64,000 nucleotides of DNA from Lentisphaeria bacterium. GTDB taxonomy: Bacteria; Verrucomicrobiota; Lentisphaeria; JABSQK01; JAWLHB01. Each line of letters begins with the position of its first letter. The first letter of the stretch is position 1. Under the pieces are notes generated by a model. It was not told the origin of the DNA. It saw only the letters and a list, made by a program, of their open reading frames with translations, and ran no database searches. The stretch covers positions 62,001-126,000 of the forward strand of contig JAWLHB010000006.1 in assembly GCA_041690595.1 (NCBI GenBank), in the 5' to 3' direction. The translations under genes were made by a program, and so were the position numbers. Positions 20,448 to 30,842 of the stretch are shown here, piece by piece.

Positions 20448-20463
20448 GGTCCACGCGTGGACC
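20448..20463. promoter_or_regulatory. Perfect 16-bp palindrome GGTCCACGCGTGGACC
   Basis: Self-complementary sequence in the intergenic region upstream of the Gfo/Idh/MocA gene. Its function is inferred only. Confidence 0.4.
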
Positions 20464-20590
20464 GAGACGGAGTCGGATTTGTGGGTCGGCATGATACCCT
20501 TTTCCGCGCTGGACATAGCAGAGCGGCGGAGGTGGGTTATTGTTTGAACTTGCTTCCTAAAAACCGTCACGCAACTGGACAAGGGATATC

Positions 20591-21736
20591 ATGAGCAAGA
20601 TTGGATTTGCGGCCATCGGGGTGGGCGGTCGTCTCAGCGGCCTGATCAAGGAACTTCTGAAGGAGAATGGCGATGCTATCGAGATGCGGGCCATGGCGGA
20701 TGAAGCGCCGGACGCGCTTGCGCAGGCCAGCTCCACATTCGGCAGCGACATCCCAACCTTTGCCGATTATCGGCAGGCGCTCGAACTTCCCGGCATCGAC
20801 TGGGTGATGATCGGCTCGAAGAACTACCTGCATCGCGATCAGTGCCTTGCGGCCTTTGCCGCCGGCAAGCATGTCTTCTGTGAAAAGCCGATGGCGATCA
20901 GCATCCAGGAATGCGCCGACATCCGGGAAGCGCACCGCGCCGCCGGAACCCTCTTCGCCACGGGTTTCGTCCTGCGCCACGCCCCGATGTACTGCAAGAT
21001 CAACGAGATGATCCAGCAGGGCTACGTCGGCAAGCTGATCTCTCTTGAAGCGAACGAGAACCTGTCGCCCGATCATGGTGGCTACATCATGCGCAACTGG
21101 CGCCGGCACCGCAAGTACAACGGGCCACACCTCCTCGAAAAATGCTCCCATGACATCGACCTGATCAACTGGATGATCGGCTCCCTTCCCAGCAAGGTGG
21201 CTTCATTCGGCGGCCTCGACATCTTCACGACCGCCAACAAGCCGATTGCGGACAAGCTTTCCACACCCGATGATACGCCGCCGCTCTACAAGTCCTGGCC
21301 GGCATGGGAGGATATCCATCCTTTCACCAGCGAAAAAGATGTGGAGGACAATCAGGTCGCGATCATGCAGTACCGGAACAAGGTCCGCGTCACCTTCCAT
21401 ACCAACTGCTGCACCGCCATTCCACAGCGCCGCATGCTCGTCTGCGGGTTGGAAGGCACGATCGAAGCTGATCTGGTCTCTGGAACGATTCGCGCCCAGC
21501 GCATCGGCCGCTCCACCAAGCTGGAAGATATCGAACTGGCGGAGAAGGGCGGACATGGCGGCGGGGACAAGACCATTGTCCAGGATCTGGCGGACAGCAT
21601 GACCACAGGCTGCAAGCCAAAAGCATCCGGCGAAGAAGGCTTCATCAGCGCCATCACCTGCCTCGCCATCGACGAAGCCATGACCACCTCGCAGGTGGTC
21701 GACGTCGAGCCCCATTGGCGGCGCTTCGGCCTGTAA
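20591..21736 (+). CDS. Gfo/Idh/MocA family oxidoreductase
   Basis: IGVGGR Rossmann motif, GKHVFCEKP, LLEKCSHDID and GHGGGD. Confidence 0.95.
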   Translation: MSKIGFAAIGVGGRLSGLIKELLKENGDAIEMRAMADEAPDALAQASSTFGSDIPTFADYRQALELPGIDWVMIGSKNYLHRDQCLAAFAAGKHVFCEKPMAISIQECADIREAHRAAGTLFATGFVLRHAPMYCKINEMIQQGYVGKLISLEANENLSPDHGGYIMRNWRRHRKYNGPHLLEKCSHDIDLINWMIGSLPSKVASFGGLDIFTTANKPIADKLSTPDDTPPLYKSWPAWEDIHPFTSEKDVEDNQVAIMQYRNKVRVTFHTNCCTAIPQRRMLVCGLEGTIEADLVSGTIRAQRIGRSTKLEDIELAEKGGHGGGDKTIVQDLADSMTTGCKPKASGEEGFISAITCLAIDEAMTTSQVVDVEPHWRRFGL

Positions 21737-21766
21737 GCGCCTGCTCCTCGAAACGATAATTCCGGC

Positions 21767-24040
21767 TCAATTGAGCAGGTGCGCCTCGGAGCGCGCCTGC
21801 TCGAGCACCTGGCGAATGGCGCGACGCAAGGTGGTGATCGTAACCGGCTTACTGACGATGAGGTCGACACCGGGCGGCTGTTCGCCGGCGCTGCGCATCA
21901 TCTCGCCAAAGCCGGTCAGCATGACAATCGGCAGGCTGGGCATCGCGGTGCTGATCTCGGCGGCAAGCTGATCGCCGCTCATCTCGGGCATCCCCCGGTC
22001 CGTGATCACCAGATCGAAGCCTCCCTCACGGAAGGCCTGGAGGCCGGTCAGACCGTTGTTCGCTTCGACGACGGCATGCCCGTCCATCACCAGATAGGCC
22101 TTGATCAGGCGGCGTACGGAATCGACGTCATCGACAAGCAGGACCCGAATCGGCGTCACAGATGCCACCTCCGCTTCCTCCTCCTCGATGCTCACCTCGG
22201 AGCGGTTGAGCGGGAAGCGCAGGCGCACGGTGGTTCCTTTCGCTTCGCAACTGTCAATTTCCAGGCTTCCTTCATGGCGGCGCACAATGCCATGGACCAT
22301 GGCCAGCCCAAGCCCCGTACCGTTTTCCCCCTTGGTCGTATAGAAAGGTTCCAGGCAGCGCTCGCGCACATCAGCCGTCATGCCGATGCCGGTATCGGCT
22401 ACCGAGAGCACGACCTCATCACCGCGCTGCGCGACGTCAAGCGTGATGGCGCCGCCTTCGGGCAGAGCGTCCACGGAGTTGAAGATCAGGTTGGTCAGCA
22501 TCTCACGCAACTCGGCTTCGTTGGCCATCAGGATGATGGGCTCATCGGGCAGCACCGCTCTGACAGCGAGGGAGATACCGTGCGCCTGAGCCTGATTCTT
22601 CCACATCGGTTCCGTCATGGAAACCACCTGTTGCACCAGTCGGCCGACATCGACACGATGGAGCACTTCATTCTCCTCCCGCGCACGATAGAACTCGCGC
22701 AATCGGCTCACGGCATTTGCCGCATCGCGCGCGGCCGTGTGAATCGACTCGATGAACTCTCGATCGCGGCCGTTGTCATTCGGCAGGTCGTCCTGCTTCA
22801 TCATCAGCAGCAGTTCACAGGCGCCAAGGATGGTGGCAAGGGCATTGTTGAAATCGTGAGCGATGCCGCTGGCCATCCGCCCCAATGCCCGCATGCGCTC
22901 CTGCTCGACCACCTGCTGCTGGGTGCGCCTCAACTCCTGGGTTCGCTCCTCGACGCGCACTTCGAGATCGTCGCGCGCCGTTGCCAGCTTCTTCTGCGCC
23001 TGTTCGAGTTCATCGAGCATGGCATTGATGGCCGACGAGAGGCGCCCCAGCTCATCGGCATGGTGATTCTCTATGCGAGCCGAGAAATCCTTGCTTGAAC
23101 CGATCGCGGCGACACGATTACTCAGCCGATCCAACCGCGACAACACCAGCTTGTCCAGCAGGACCAGGAATACCAGACCAAAAACCAGACCAGACAGCAG
23201 CAGCGACAGCACGTAGTAGGACAAGGCAGAACGTCCCTGCGCAAACAGATCCCGCGGTAATCGTACCTCAACAAGAAGCTGAGGCCGATCGAAAATGTCC
23301 GGCAGCAGCACATAGGCCGCAATATGTTCCTCATCCGACCGCGTTACGGCGTTGAGTCCACCCTCGAGTTCCCGTACCACCTGCCCAAGAGCCGGCGACG
23401 CCAACTCCGCCGCCAAAGAAAAGGCGCGCACCTTGCCATTGACAACAGATTCCATTCGACTCAGAATTCCCGTCTCCAGGTATCGCCCCACAACCAGCGT
23501 GCCACGCGATTCCCCATTGCCTTGATCGCGATGGATCGGCATGGCGGCAATCAGCGCGACTCGGTCGTTGACGGCCAGCCAACCGGCATGCGTCGTGTTC
23601 GCGGCCGTCCTCGGGACCGCCAGCTTGCGCAGAAACTCCCACTCCTCCAGGACCGGGGGCAGCTCCCGCAACCGCCCCGCCAGCGGATCGACGGCCCGAC
23701 CATAGCGCAGCTTGCCGCCGCGGTCGAGAAAGAGCACGAAATCGAGCTGACTGGCCGCCAGCGCCTCAGGGCCGAGTTGCTCGTTGACAAAGCGCTCGTT
23801 GTAGTGCTCGACAAAGACATAGCTCTCGTCCTGGAAGGCCATATCCCGTGCCATCCGGCGCAGGCTCTCCACCTCCCTGTCCGCCAGACTCTGAAGATGC
23901 CGCGTATGATTCAGCGCGTCATCCATCTCCAGCTCCTCAAAGCTGGCCAGCATGATGAAACGCGCGGAGATGAAGAGGATCAGGACCAATCCAAACAAGA
24001 GCGATATGATGATGATCGCTGTTCGTTTGTACAGTGACAT
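21767..24040 (-). CDS. Hybrid sensor histidine kinase (CHASE4-HAMP-HisKA-HATPase-REC)
   Basis: Two TM helices flank a CHASE4-like domain. HAMP DELGRL, H-box AHDFNNAL, N/G boxes (NLIFNSVDA, DTGIGM, GTGLGL) and receiver motifs LLVDD and ITDRGMP. Confidence 0.93.
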   Translation of the reverse strand: MSLYKRTAIIIISLLFGLVLILFISARFIMLASFEELEMDDALNHTRHLQSLADREVESLRRMARDMAFQDESYVFVEHYNERFVNEQLGPEALAASQLDFVLFLDRGGKLRYGRAVDPLAGRLRELPPVLEEWEFLRKLAVPRTAANTTHAGWLAVNDRVALIAAMPIHRDQGNGESRGTLVVGRYLETGILSRMESVVNGKVRAFSLAAELASPALGQVVRELEGGLNAVTRSDEEHIAAYVLLPDIFDRPQLLVEVRLPRDLFAQGRSALSYYVLSLLLSGLVFGLVFLVLLDKLVLSRLDRLSNRVAAIGSSKDFSARIENHHADELGRLSSAINAMLDELEQAQKKLATARDDLEVRVEERTQELRRTQQQVVEQERMRALGRMASGIAHDFNNALATILGACELLLMMKQDDLPNDNGRDREFIESIHTAARDAANAVSRLREFYRAREENEVLHRVDVGRLVQQVVSMTEPMWKNQAQAHGISLAVRAVLPDEPIILMANEAELREMLTNLIFNSVDALPEGGAITLDVAQRGDEVVLSVADTGIGMTADVRERCLEPFYTTKGENGTGLGLAMVHGIVRRHEGSLEIDSCEAKGTTVRLRFPLNRSEVSIEEEEAEVASVTPIRVLLVDDVDSVRRLIKAYLVMDGHAVVEANNGLTGLQAFREGGFDLVITDRGMPEMSGDQLAAEISTAMPSLPIVMLTGFGEMMRSAGEQPPGVDLIVSKPVTITTLRRAIRQVLEQARSEAHLLN

Positions 24041-24167
24041 GGTTCTCCTGCCCCCAGGCGCGTCTCAAGATTCACGACATGCGCACATGCGCAGAGCACG
24101 ATCCCACCCTTGGAATCGGCTTCCTAAGCTAAATGAAATGGTGCGTTATTCAAGCCCCAAAGCCTCA

Positions 24168-25082
24168 TCACGAGGCGGGCGCGCCGGCTGGCGACCGTAG
24201 AGCGGCGATGGCTTCCACGAAGTTGAACCGTGGTTGCCAACCCAACAGCCGCTTTGCCTTGCTGTTGTCGTAGATGGCGGGCAGCCAGGCGCCGCCATAG
24301 CCTTTGCTCTCCAGCCACTCCACATGCTGCGGCCAGTATTTGCGCACCATAGGCATGGGATCGGCTTTGCCGCAAAGCAAGGGGACATCGGCCGCCGTAT
24401 AGGGATGATCGCAGGTGATATAGAAGGCTTCGAAAAGTCCCAATGGCTCCGGCGCCGGGCGATCCCCCATCATGACCTCCACGGCCGCCACATGCGCCGC
24501 GGCAATATCAGCCACCACGCCGAAGCAGCCGGTCAGTCGGAAGCAGGTGGTCAGCTCATCGGCCGGCATGAAGGCCGGCGGACGCAAGGCGATCGTCTGG
24601 ATCTGGTGGGAGAGCGCGAAAGAGCGCGCCGCTTCTTCCTGACAGAACTTCGTGTAGCTGTAGATATCGCGCGGCGTGTATTGCGCTTCTTCCGTCACCG
24701 GCCAGTCGCTCATGGGCACACCACCCATGGCATTGGCCGCGATGCTGCTCGTCAAAACCACCTTGCGCAAACCCAACTCCGCCATCAGCGCATAAAGCAG
24801 ATACGTCCCTTTCACGTTGATGTCGATGTACTGCGCGTGGCTATACTTCTTCCATGGATGTATCGAGGCGACGTGCACCAGCAGATCGGCCTCCGCCAGA
24901 AGCGCTCGCATCTCATCCTCGCGCGTCATGTCGGCCTGCACAAAGCTCCAGCCTTCCGGAGGCGACGCCGGCGCCGCGACATCGAAGCCGGTGACCGCAT
25001 AGCCAAGTTTCGCCAGGGCCGGCGCCAGAGTCGATCCCAGATGACCTGCCGCACCACTCACCACTATTTTCTTGCTGCTCAT
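24168..25082 (-). CDS. NAD-dependent epimerase/dehydratase (extended SDR)
   Basis: VSGAAGHLG, NVKGT, TSS and YSYTK (YxxxK). Confidence 0.9.
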   Translation of the reverse strand: MSSKKIVVSGAAGHLGSTLAPALAKLGYAVTGFDVAAPASPPEGWSFVQADMTREDEMRALLAEADLLVHVASIHPWKKYSHAQYIDINVKGTYLLYALMAELGLRKVVLTSSIAANAMGGVPMSDWPVTEEAQYTPRDIYSYTKFCQEEAARSFALSHQIQTIALRPPAFMPADELTTCFRLTGCFGVVADIAAAHVAAVEVMMGDRPAPEPLGLFEAFYITCDHPYTAADVPLLCGKADPMPMVRKYWPQHVEWLESKGYGGAWLPAIYDNSKAKRLLGWQPRFNFVEAIAALRSPAGAPAS

Positions 25083-25097
25083 GCTTTCACCCTCTCC

Positions 25098-25847
25098 CTA
25101 CCACGGCTTCTGTGTCGTGGAAAAGACAACTGTTTCAAAAACATTGACTGCCGCCGGTGCCGATACCGCGTGCAGGACAGCCTCCGCGACATCGTCCGGC
25201 CTCATCCAGGTTGGCCGCGGCTCCCCCTTCGGGTTGGTCAATGGAGTATCGGCCACTCCTGGATTGACCATACCCACGGCGATGTTCGAGCCAGTGCCCT
25301 GCAGTTGCCGGGCTATCGACTCCATCAATCCATAGACGCCATACTTGCTGGCATTGTAGAAGCCGCAATCGCCGCCCTCCGTCCAGCGGGAACGTACGGA
25401 GCCGATCGTGACGATCTTGCCACCCTCCCCCTGCGCCGTCATCAGCCGCACCGCCTGCTGCGTGCACATGAAGACGGCTACGATGTTCAGTTCGAGGCAG
25501 TCGCGCAGCCGCGTCACATCCGCCTGATCCACCGGACCGAAAGGAGCCATGCCCGCATTGTTCACGAGGATATCCAGCCTGCCAAAACGGCTGACCGTTT
25601 CCTTGAAGAGCGTCTCGACAAAGGCGGCGTCGGTAATGTCACCGGCGAGAGCCATGGCGGTGCCGCCGGCCTTCTCGATGGTGGCGAGCCCACTGTCCAG
25701 ATCCGCCTGCGTCCGCGCCGTCAAAACGACCGTCGCGCCAGCCTCGGCAAGGCGTCGTGCCGTGGCGCGGCCGATTCCCTTGCCGGCACCCGTAACCACT
25801 GCAATTTTGCCCGTCAACGCCATCGTCATCCCCTTGTTCTTTGACAT
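25098..25847 (-). CDS. Short-chain dehydrogenase/reductase
   Basis: VTGAGKGIG, LVNNAG and YNASK. Confidence 0.95.
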   Translation of the reverse strand: MSKNKGMTMALTGKIAVVTGAGKGIGRATARRLAEAGATVVLTARTQADLDSGLATIEKAGGTAMALAGDITDAAFVETLFKETVSRFGRLDILVNNAGMAPFGPVDQADVTRLRDCLELNIVAVFMCTQQAVRLMTAQGEGGKIVTIGSVRSRWTEGGDCGFYNASKYGVYGLMESIARQLQGTGSNIAVGMVNPGVADTPLTNPKGEPRPTWMRPDDVAEAVLHAVSAPAAVNVFETVVFSTTQKPW

Positions 25848-25929
25848 GAGAGTATGGATTTCTTCCCCAGCGCATACCTTAGCTGCTCAATGCCGAAGCT
25901 CAACCACGGCCGCGAAAAGTCAAGGCCGA

Positions 25930-28428
25930 TCACCAGAATCGCTGAATGCTCCGGCTCTTCAGCCAGCCTTCGTTCTGGTCGACGCGCACCAGCGCCCACT
26001 CTCCGCGGCTCTCGACGATTCGCGCATATTCGCCGGCTTTGAGCTGAAAGGAGGATTCCTTCTGCTCTTCACGGGGCAGGCGGTAGACCGGTGTATCGTC
26101 TTGAAGCACGATAGCCTGTTGCGGCCGCCAGACACCACGATGCTGCTGCACCAGTGCGACGGTGGCCAGCAGGACAACGAGGGCGGCCAGCAGACATGCC
26201 CTTGGGAATGGCCGTCCCCGCCAGCGCCAGACGGCCCAGACCAGCCAGAAGATCCCCCAGGCAATCGCCGCCACCAGCAGCCACTGGTCCGGCCGCAGCC
26301 GGTCGCGCCAGGAGGCAAGCAGCTCCAGCGGGCTGTCGGCCCGACCAACCGGCGAATAGCCCAGTTGCCGCCGCACGAAGTTGAGGTTGACCAGGATGTC
26401 GGTGTTGCCGGGTGCGAGTCGGCGGGCGCGTTCATACCAGCCAATCGCTTCACCAAGTCGGCCCATGGCATAGGCGCAGTTGCCAAGATTGTAGCAGATG
26501 GCGGCATTCGCATACCCCTCTTCCCGCAGCTCCGCATAATAGGCGGCCGCCTGCTGGTACTTCCCCGCGTTGTAGGCCTCGGCTGCTTCCTCGAAGGATG
26601 CGCCAAAGGTGTTGGTCGTCCAGGCCAGGCAGAGGAGGAGACAGGCGATGCGCCTCACCACCTGCATGATTCGCTCCCGATCAAGTCCCTCTTGCCGGCC
26701 GGGCAGGAAGCCGGAGTTCTCGACCTGCGAGAGCAGCTCGCGCAGCGCCGTGTCCTCGGTCTGTCCCTTCAGCTCGGTCAGCGTTGTCCCCGGCGGCAAC
26801 CCCAGCAGCGCGGCCACCAGCGGTACCACATCCTGACGCACAAGCTCGGGCAAGGCATCTTCCGGTGCTTTGCGCAGCCGTCTCAGCACCTTGCCACGTT
26901 CACGAAGCGCCTGACGCCGACGCCGAGAAAAGACGTTGCCGGCCAGCCGCTCACGCCGCCGTGCCAGCCCCAGCAGGATCAGCCAGAGCAACGGGCTGGC
27001 CACCATCACCACCAGCGCCATCGGCAGCTTCTCCCGCCACAGGGGCACCCGCAGATAGGCGCTCGGTTGCGTCATGATATACTGAATATCCGCCAGCCGT
27101 CGTTCCGGCTGACTTGCCGTGGAGGCTTCGCCGCTGTCCACAATGTGCGGAGCAATCTCCGCGCTGCTCTCTCCCGGGCTCACGGTAAGTTGCGGCTGAA
27201 ACGCGTGAACCGCATAGGACATTTCCCTCGGATCGAGCGTGAGGAAGGTCAGGGTTTGCAGCTCGCTCTCCGCCGAGCGCGGTACCAGCACCCAGCTGAT
27301 GCTGCCGGTGTGCCTTTCTTTTCCCACCACACGCGTCACTTCCGGTTCGTAGACATTGAAGCCGGGAATCTTCAGCTCCGGCACCCGCAAGCCCTCGACG
27401 CTGCCTGTACCCGTAACCGCCAGGCGCATGGTGAAGTCATCGCCGACCGTCACGTTGTCGTTGTCAAGCGACAACTCGACCTGCCAATCGCCGACCAGAC
27501 CGAGGTAGATCCCGCCGGCGGGCAGAGGTGGTTGAGCCTGCACGTCGACCGGCCCTATCGGAATCCTCAATGGGTGTTTGCGCACCTGCTGATGGCCGCG
27601 AAAGAAGCCGAGTATGGTATCGCCCTGGCCATTCACCAGGTACGGCACGGCATGAAGAATCGCGCCTTCCAGCTTCCCACTCTTGAGCGGATAAAAAGCA
27701 GCCGTGTATTCGAAGAGCCGGAAGCTCTTGTTCCCGAGCTGAACCTTGCGCTCGTTCTCGAAGAGAAAGCGCCGACTGTGCTGGTTCTGCTCGTAATCGC
27801 GCCAGACCACATTCTCCAGATCGATCCGCGGGAAGTAATTGCTCACCAGCGTGAAGCTGTCGGGATGACGATTGTCGGCGACCAACTGCAGGCGTTCGTC
27901 GATGAAGAGGCGGATATTGAGTTCAACCAGTTGACCGACCACCAGCCTGGCGGGCAACTGAGATTCGCCATTGAAGGTGACGGCAAGGTTGATCAGTTCA
28001 GATAATGCGCTGCCGTCATAGGGAATGGCCCGAATCTTATAACCCTTGGTGACAAAGGACTTGCCCCCCATGACGATGGTAAAATCGGGCAGGATGATTT
28101 CTCCTTCCTTGGTCGCTTCGAAGAGGTACTCGGTGCGAAAGCTTCCAGTCCGTCTGCCGTTGATGATCTGGATCGAGGTATTAGTGGAGGGCACGCCGTT
28201 GTTCAGCCAGTTAATTCCCGCCGTCCGCGGCAGTTGCGCGATGAGCCCCTGTTCCTCCGTCGACGTTATCACTAGCTGGGCGGTCTGGCCGACGGTGACT
28301 GGATTGGGCTGGGTCCCGATCTGGTAGGATGCCGCCAGAACAGCGCCGGTCATGAAGGTGCAGAGAATACCGAGCGCCAGCCTGGCGGGCCGGATTGCAA
28401 AGAGATATGTCGTTCGAATCATCTTCAC
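25930..28428 (-). CDS. BatD-like protein fused to a BatE-like TPR/SH3 module
   Basis: Signal peptide, BatD repeats (VTVGQ, VGDDFTMRLAVTGTG), TM, TPR (YNLGNCAY..GEAIGWYERA) and a C-terminal SH3b-like WALVRVDQNEGWL. Confidence 0.85.
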   Translation of the reverse strand: MKMIRTTYLFAIRPARLALGILCTFMTGAVLAASYQIGTQPNPVTVGQTAQLVITSTEEQGLIAQLPRTAGINWLNNGVPSTNTSIQIINGRRTGSFRTEYLFEATKEGEIILPDFTIVMGGKSFVTKGYKIRAIPYDGSALSELINLAVTFNGESQLPARLVVGQLVELNIRLFIDERLQLVADNRHPDSFTLVSNYFPRIDLENVVWRDYEQNQHSRRFLFENERKVQLGNKSFRLFEYTAAFYPLKSGKLEGAILHAVPYLVNGQGDTILGFFRGHQQVRKHPLRIPIGPVDVQAQPPLPAGGIYLGLVGDWQVELSLDNDNVTVGDDFTMRLAVTGTGSVEGLRVPELKIPGFNVYEPEVTRVVGKERHTGSISWVLVPRSAESELQTLTFLTLDPREMSYAVHAFQPQLTVSPGESSAEIAPHIVDSGEASTASQPERRLADIQYIMTQPSAYLRVPLWREKLPMALVVMVASPLLWLILLGLARRRERLAGNVFSRRRRQALRERGKVLRRLRKAPEDALPELVRQDVVPLVAALLGLPPGTTLTELKGQTEDTALRELLSQVENSGFLPGRQEGLDRERIMQVVRRIACLLLCLAWTTNTFGASFEEAAEAYNAGKYQQAAAYYAELREEGYANAAICYNLGNCAYAMGRLGEAIGWYERARRLAPGNTDILVNLNFVRRQLGYSPVGRADSPLELLASWRDRLRPDQWLLVAAIAWGIFWLVWAVWRWRGRPFPRACLLAALVVLLATVALVQQHRGVWRPQQAIVLQDDTPVYRLPREEQKESSFQLKAGEYARIVESRGEWALVRVDQNEGWLKSRSIQRFW

Positions 28429-30821
28429 CAGTCCTTCCGGCGCTGCTGTCCGGTTTGCTGCATCTCGCGTAGCTTGATCTCCTTGAGCAGATTCTTTTCG
28501 TTCTCCTGAATGGCCTGCAGGAGCTGCTCGGCCTGCGCCTTGTCCAGCATCTCTTCCGGCACGGCGGCGGCGGCACTTTCACCGGAAGCCTCGCCCTCGT
28601 CCTCCGGCTGCTGCGTATCGGCTGTCGGCTCCGGCTCCTCCTTTCCGTCGTCCTCCTCACCGGCATCGGCGGTCTTCTCGGGCTCGCCGTTCTCGGCCTC
28701 GCCATCCTGGGGCTCATCCTCACCCGGCTCAGCTTCCGGTGGCTTGACCATGTCGCGAGCTTCGGAGAGTCGTTCCTCGGCCTCTTTTCCAGCCTCCTGA
28801 CGTTCCTTTACCGGCTTGTTGGCGTCATTGGCCTCCTGCTGCTTCTTCTGAGCCTCGGAAAGCTTTTCGGCGGCATCTTTCAGGCTCTCGGCCTTCTCGT
28901 CAAGTCCCTGCTCTTGCGCCTGCTTCGCCATCTCCTCGAGTTTATCCTTTGCCTGCTGCGTCTTTTCCGATGCCTGCTGCTGGGCATCGCGCCGCTCCTT
29001 GTCATTCTGTGCTTCATTGGCCTGCTGCTGGTCCTTGCGCGCCTCATCGATCTGATCGGATGCCTCCTGCTGTTGCTTATCCAACTGCTTTTCCTCCTTG
29101 CGCATCTCGATGAGTCGTTCGGCTTCCCGCCGCAAAGCCAGCAACCGCTCCTGGTTGCGGGCAGCCCCCGGAGGAGCTTCCGCCTGGCGAAGCGCTTCCC
29201 GATAGTAGCGCTCCGCTTCCGCCGCCGCGCTCAACGCCTGCTCCGGCTGCTCCTGCAACTGGGCCCGCGCCTGCTCATGGTAAATGGCACCCAGATTCTG
29301 TTGCGCGGCAGCTTTCAGTCCCGGCACGTCAGCGGCCAGCTCGAGCACCCGCTGGTACGCCGTCGCCGCAACGTCGACAAGGCCCAGGTCCTGCAGCCAC
29401 GCCCCGACGCCATACGAAATCACGGCCTGTTCATCGGCACCCCGAGACGCCGCCATTCCCCGCTGCAGCGTCTCATAGCCGAGGCGGCACTCCCTGCTCA
29501 CCGCCTGCAGCCCCTCTTCTCCCGAGCTTTGCGCGATCTCCATCAGCGACGGCTCGACAGCACTCCTCCGCAGCCTCTCCAGCGCCTGCACCAGCTGCAA
29601 CCGGGAAGCACTCTCCAACTCGATCCGCAGCTTCTCCAGCGGCTGTCGCCAGGCAAGCGCCGATGGATCCGCTGACGCCTGCGCCTCAGCGGGATCCGGG
29701 CCAGGCGAGGGCACAAGATCCTGAGCATGCAGCGAAGTCCCGTTTCCCAGCCAGACCATCGCGAAAAGGAAGAGGGTGACAACCGGTCCAGTCAGCGCAT
29801 CTTCCGGCTGTCGCTTCTCCTGCTGCACCTCGCGCCGCCGCTCACCGAGCACCAGGCGACCGAGCAGCAACAGCAGCGCCAGCAGCAGTGGCACCTGATA
29901 CCCTTCCAGCGGCCGCACCGTCGGTCCATCCTCCGCCTCTTCCGGCACCAACGATCGGATTTTCTCGGCCAGGTAAGCCGCCCCATCCTGCGCCAGAGTC
30001 GAATGCAGGAAAACGCCATTCACCGAACGACTGATCATCTCCAGACGCTCGATATTGAGCCTGCTGCGCACGCGCTCCCCCTTTTCGTCGACGACAAACT
30101 GGCGGTCCGGCAACTGGATGAAGCTGCCGTGCGTCGCATCGCCGACACCGACGATGTAGATCGGAATGCCGTCCGCCCGGTACTGCTCCAGCACCCGCTC
30201 CACATCCCCCTGCAGCTCGTCCCCATCCGTCACCAGGAGGACAGCGCGATCGCGGCCGACGCTGGCCTGCAACGCCGTATGCGCTTCCGTCAGCGCGCGC
30301 TCCAGATTCGTGCCGCCGACGGGAATCGTGGCGGTATCGAGATCGTCAAGGAAAAGCATGAAGCCGGAACGGTTCTGCGTCAGCGGGCATTCGAGGAAGG
30401 CGCTGCCGGCAAAGGCTACAAGCCCGAAGCGGTCGCCGGTCCGTGCCTCGATCACACGCCGTACCACCAGCTTGGCGTGCTGCAGCCGCGACGGCGGTAC
30501 ATCCTTCGCCAGCATGCTTCGCGAGACGTCGAAGACGACCATGACATCGCGGCTCCGCGTTGGACGGTTCACCAGCGTGGACCCCCATTGCGGGCGCATC
30601 GCCGCAACCGCCGCCAGCAGAAAACCGACGAGAAAGAGCAGATGCCGCCATTGACGGCGAGCCCGGGAGACGTTCTGCGTCAGCCGCACGGCCAGTACCG
30701 GATCGGCGATCAGAGCGCTGAGCCGGCTTCGCCGCAGGCGACTGCCAAGCCACAGCAGCACCAGCAGCAGGGGCATGATCCAGAAGAGGTGTTCCAGCAG
30801 GTTGTCGTTGACAATGCTCAT
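28425..30821 (-). CDS. BatB-like VWA protein fused to a TPR/coiled-coil BatC-like region
   Basis: RPQWG, MIDAS DVSRSM, FAGSAFLECPLT and LVTDGDE, followed by TPR and a Q/E-rich tail ending AEQLLQAI...KDW. Confidence 0.88.
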   Translation of the reverse strand: MSIVNDNLLEHLFWIMPLLLVLLWLGSRLRRSRLSALIADPVLAVRLTQNVSRARRQWRHLLFLVGFLLAAVAAMRPQWGSTLVNRPTRSRDVMVVFDVSRSMLAKDVPPSRLQHAKLVVRRVIEARTGDRFGLVAFAGSAFLECPLTQNRSGFMLFLDDLDTATIPVGGTNLERALTEAHTALQASVGRDRAVLLVTDGDELQGDVERVLEQYRADGIPIYIVGVGDATHGSFIQLPDRQFVVDEKGERVRSRLNIERLEMISRSVNGVFLHSTLAQDGAAYLAEKIRSLVPEEAEDGPTVRPLEGYQVPLLLALLLLLGRLVLGERRREVQQEKRQPEDALTGPVVTLFLFAMVWLGNGTSLHAQDLVPSPGPDPAEAQASADPSALAWRQPLEKLRIELESASRLQLVQALERLRRSAVEPSLMEIAQSSGEEGLQAVSRECRLGYETLQRGMAASRGADEQAVISYGVGAWLQDLGLVDVAATAYQRVLELAADVPGLKAAAQQNLGAIYHEQARAQLQEQPEQALSAAAEAERYYREALRQAEAPPGAARNQERLLALRREAERLIEMRKEEKQLDKQQQEASDQIDEARKDQQQANEAQNDKERRDAQQQASEKTQQAKDKLEEMAKQAQEQGLDEKAESLKDAAEKLSEAQKKQQEANDANKPVKERQEAGKEAEERLSEARDMVKPPEAEPGEDEPQDGEAENGEPEKTADAGEEDDGKEEPEPTADTQQPEDEGEASGESAAAAVPEEMLDKAQAEQLLQAIQENEKNLLKEIKLREMQQTGQQRRKDW

Positions 30822-30842
30822 GTATTCAACCGCATCTTTATC

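Noticed and set aside
25549..28005. 818-aa plus-strand ORF
   Set aside because: It is an antisense shadow of the BatD-E fusion and SDR genes and has no recognisable motifs. Long shadow ORFs are expected at high GC.
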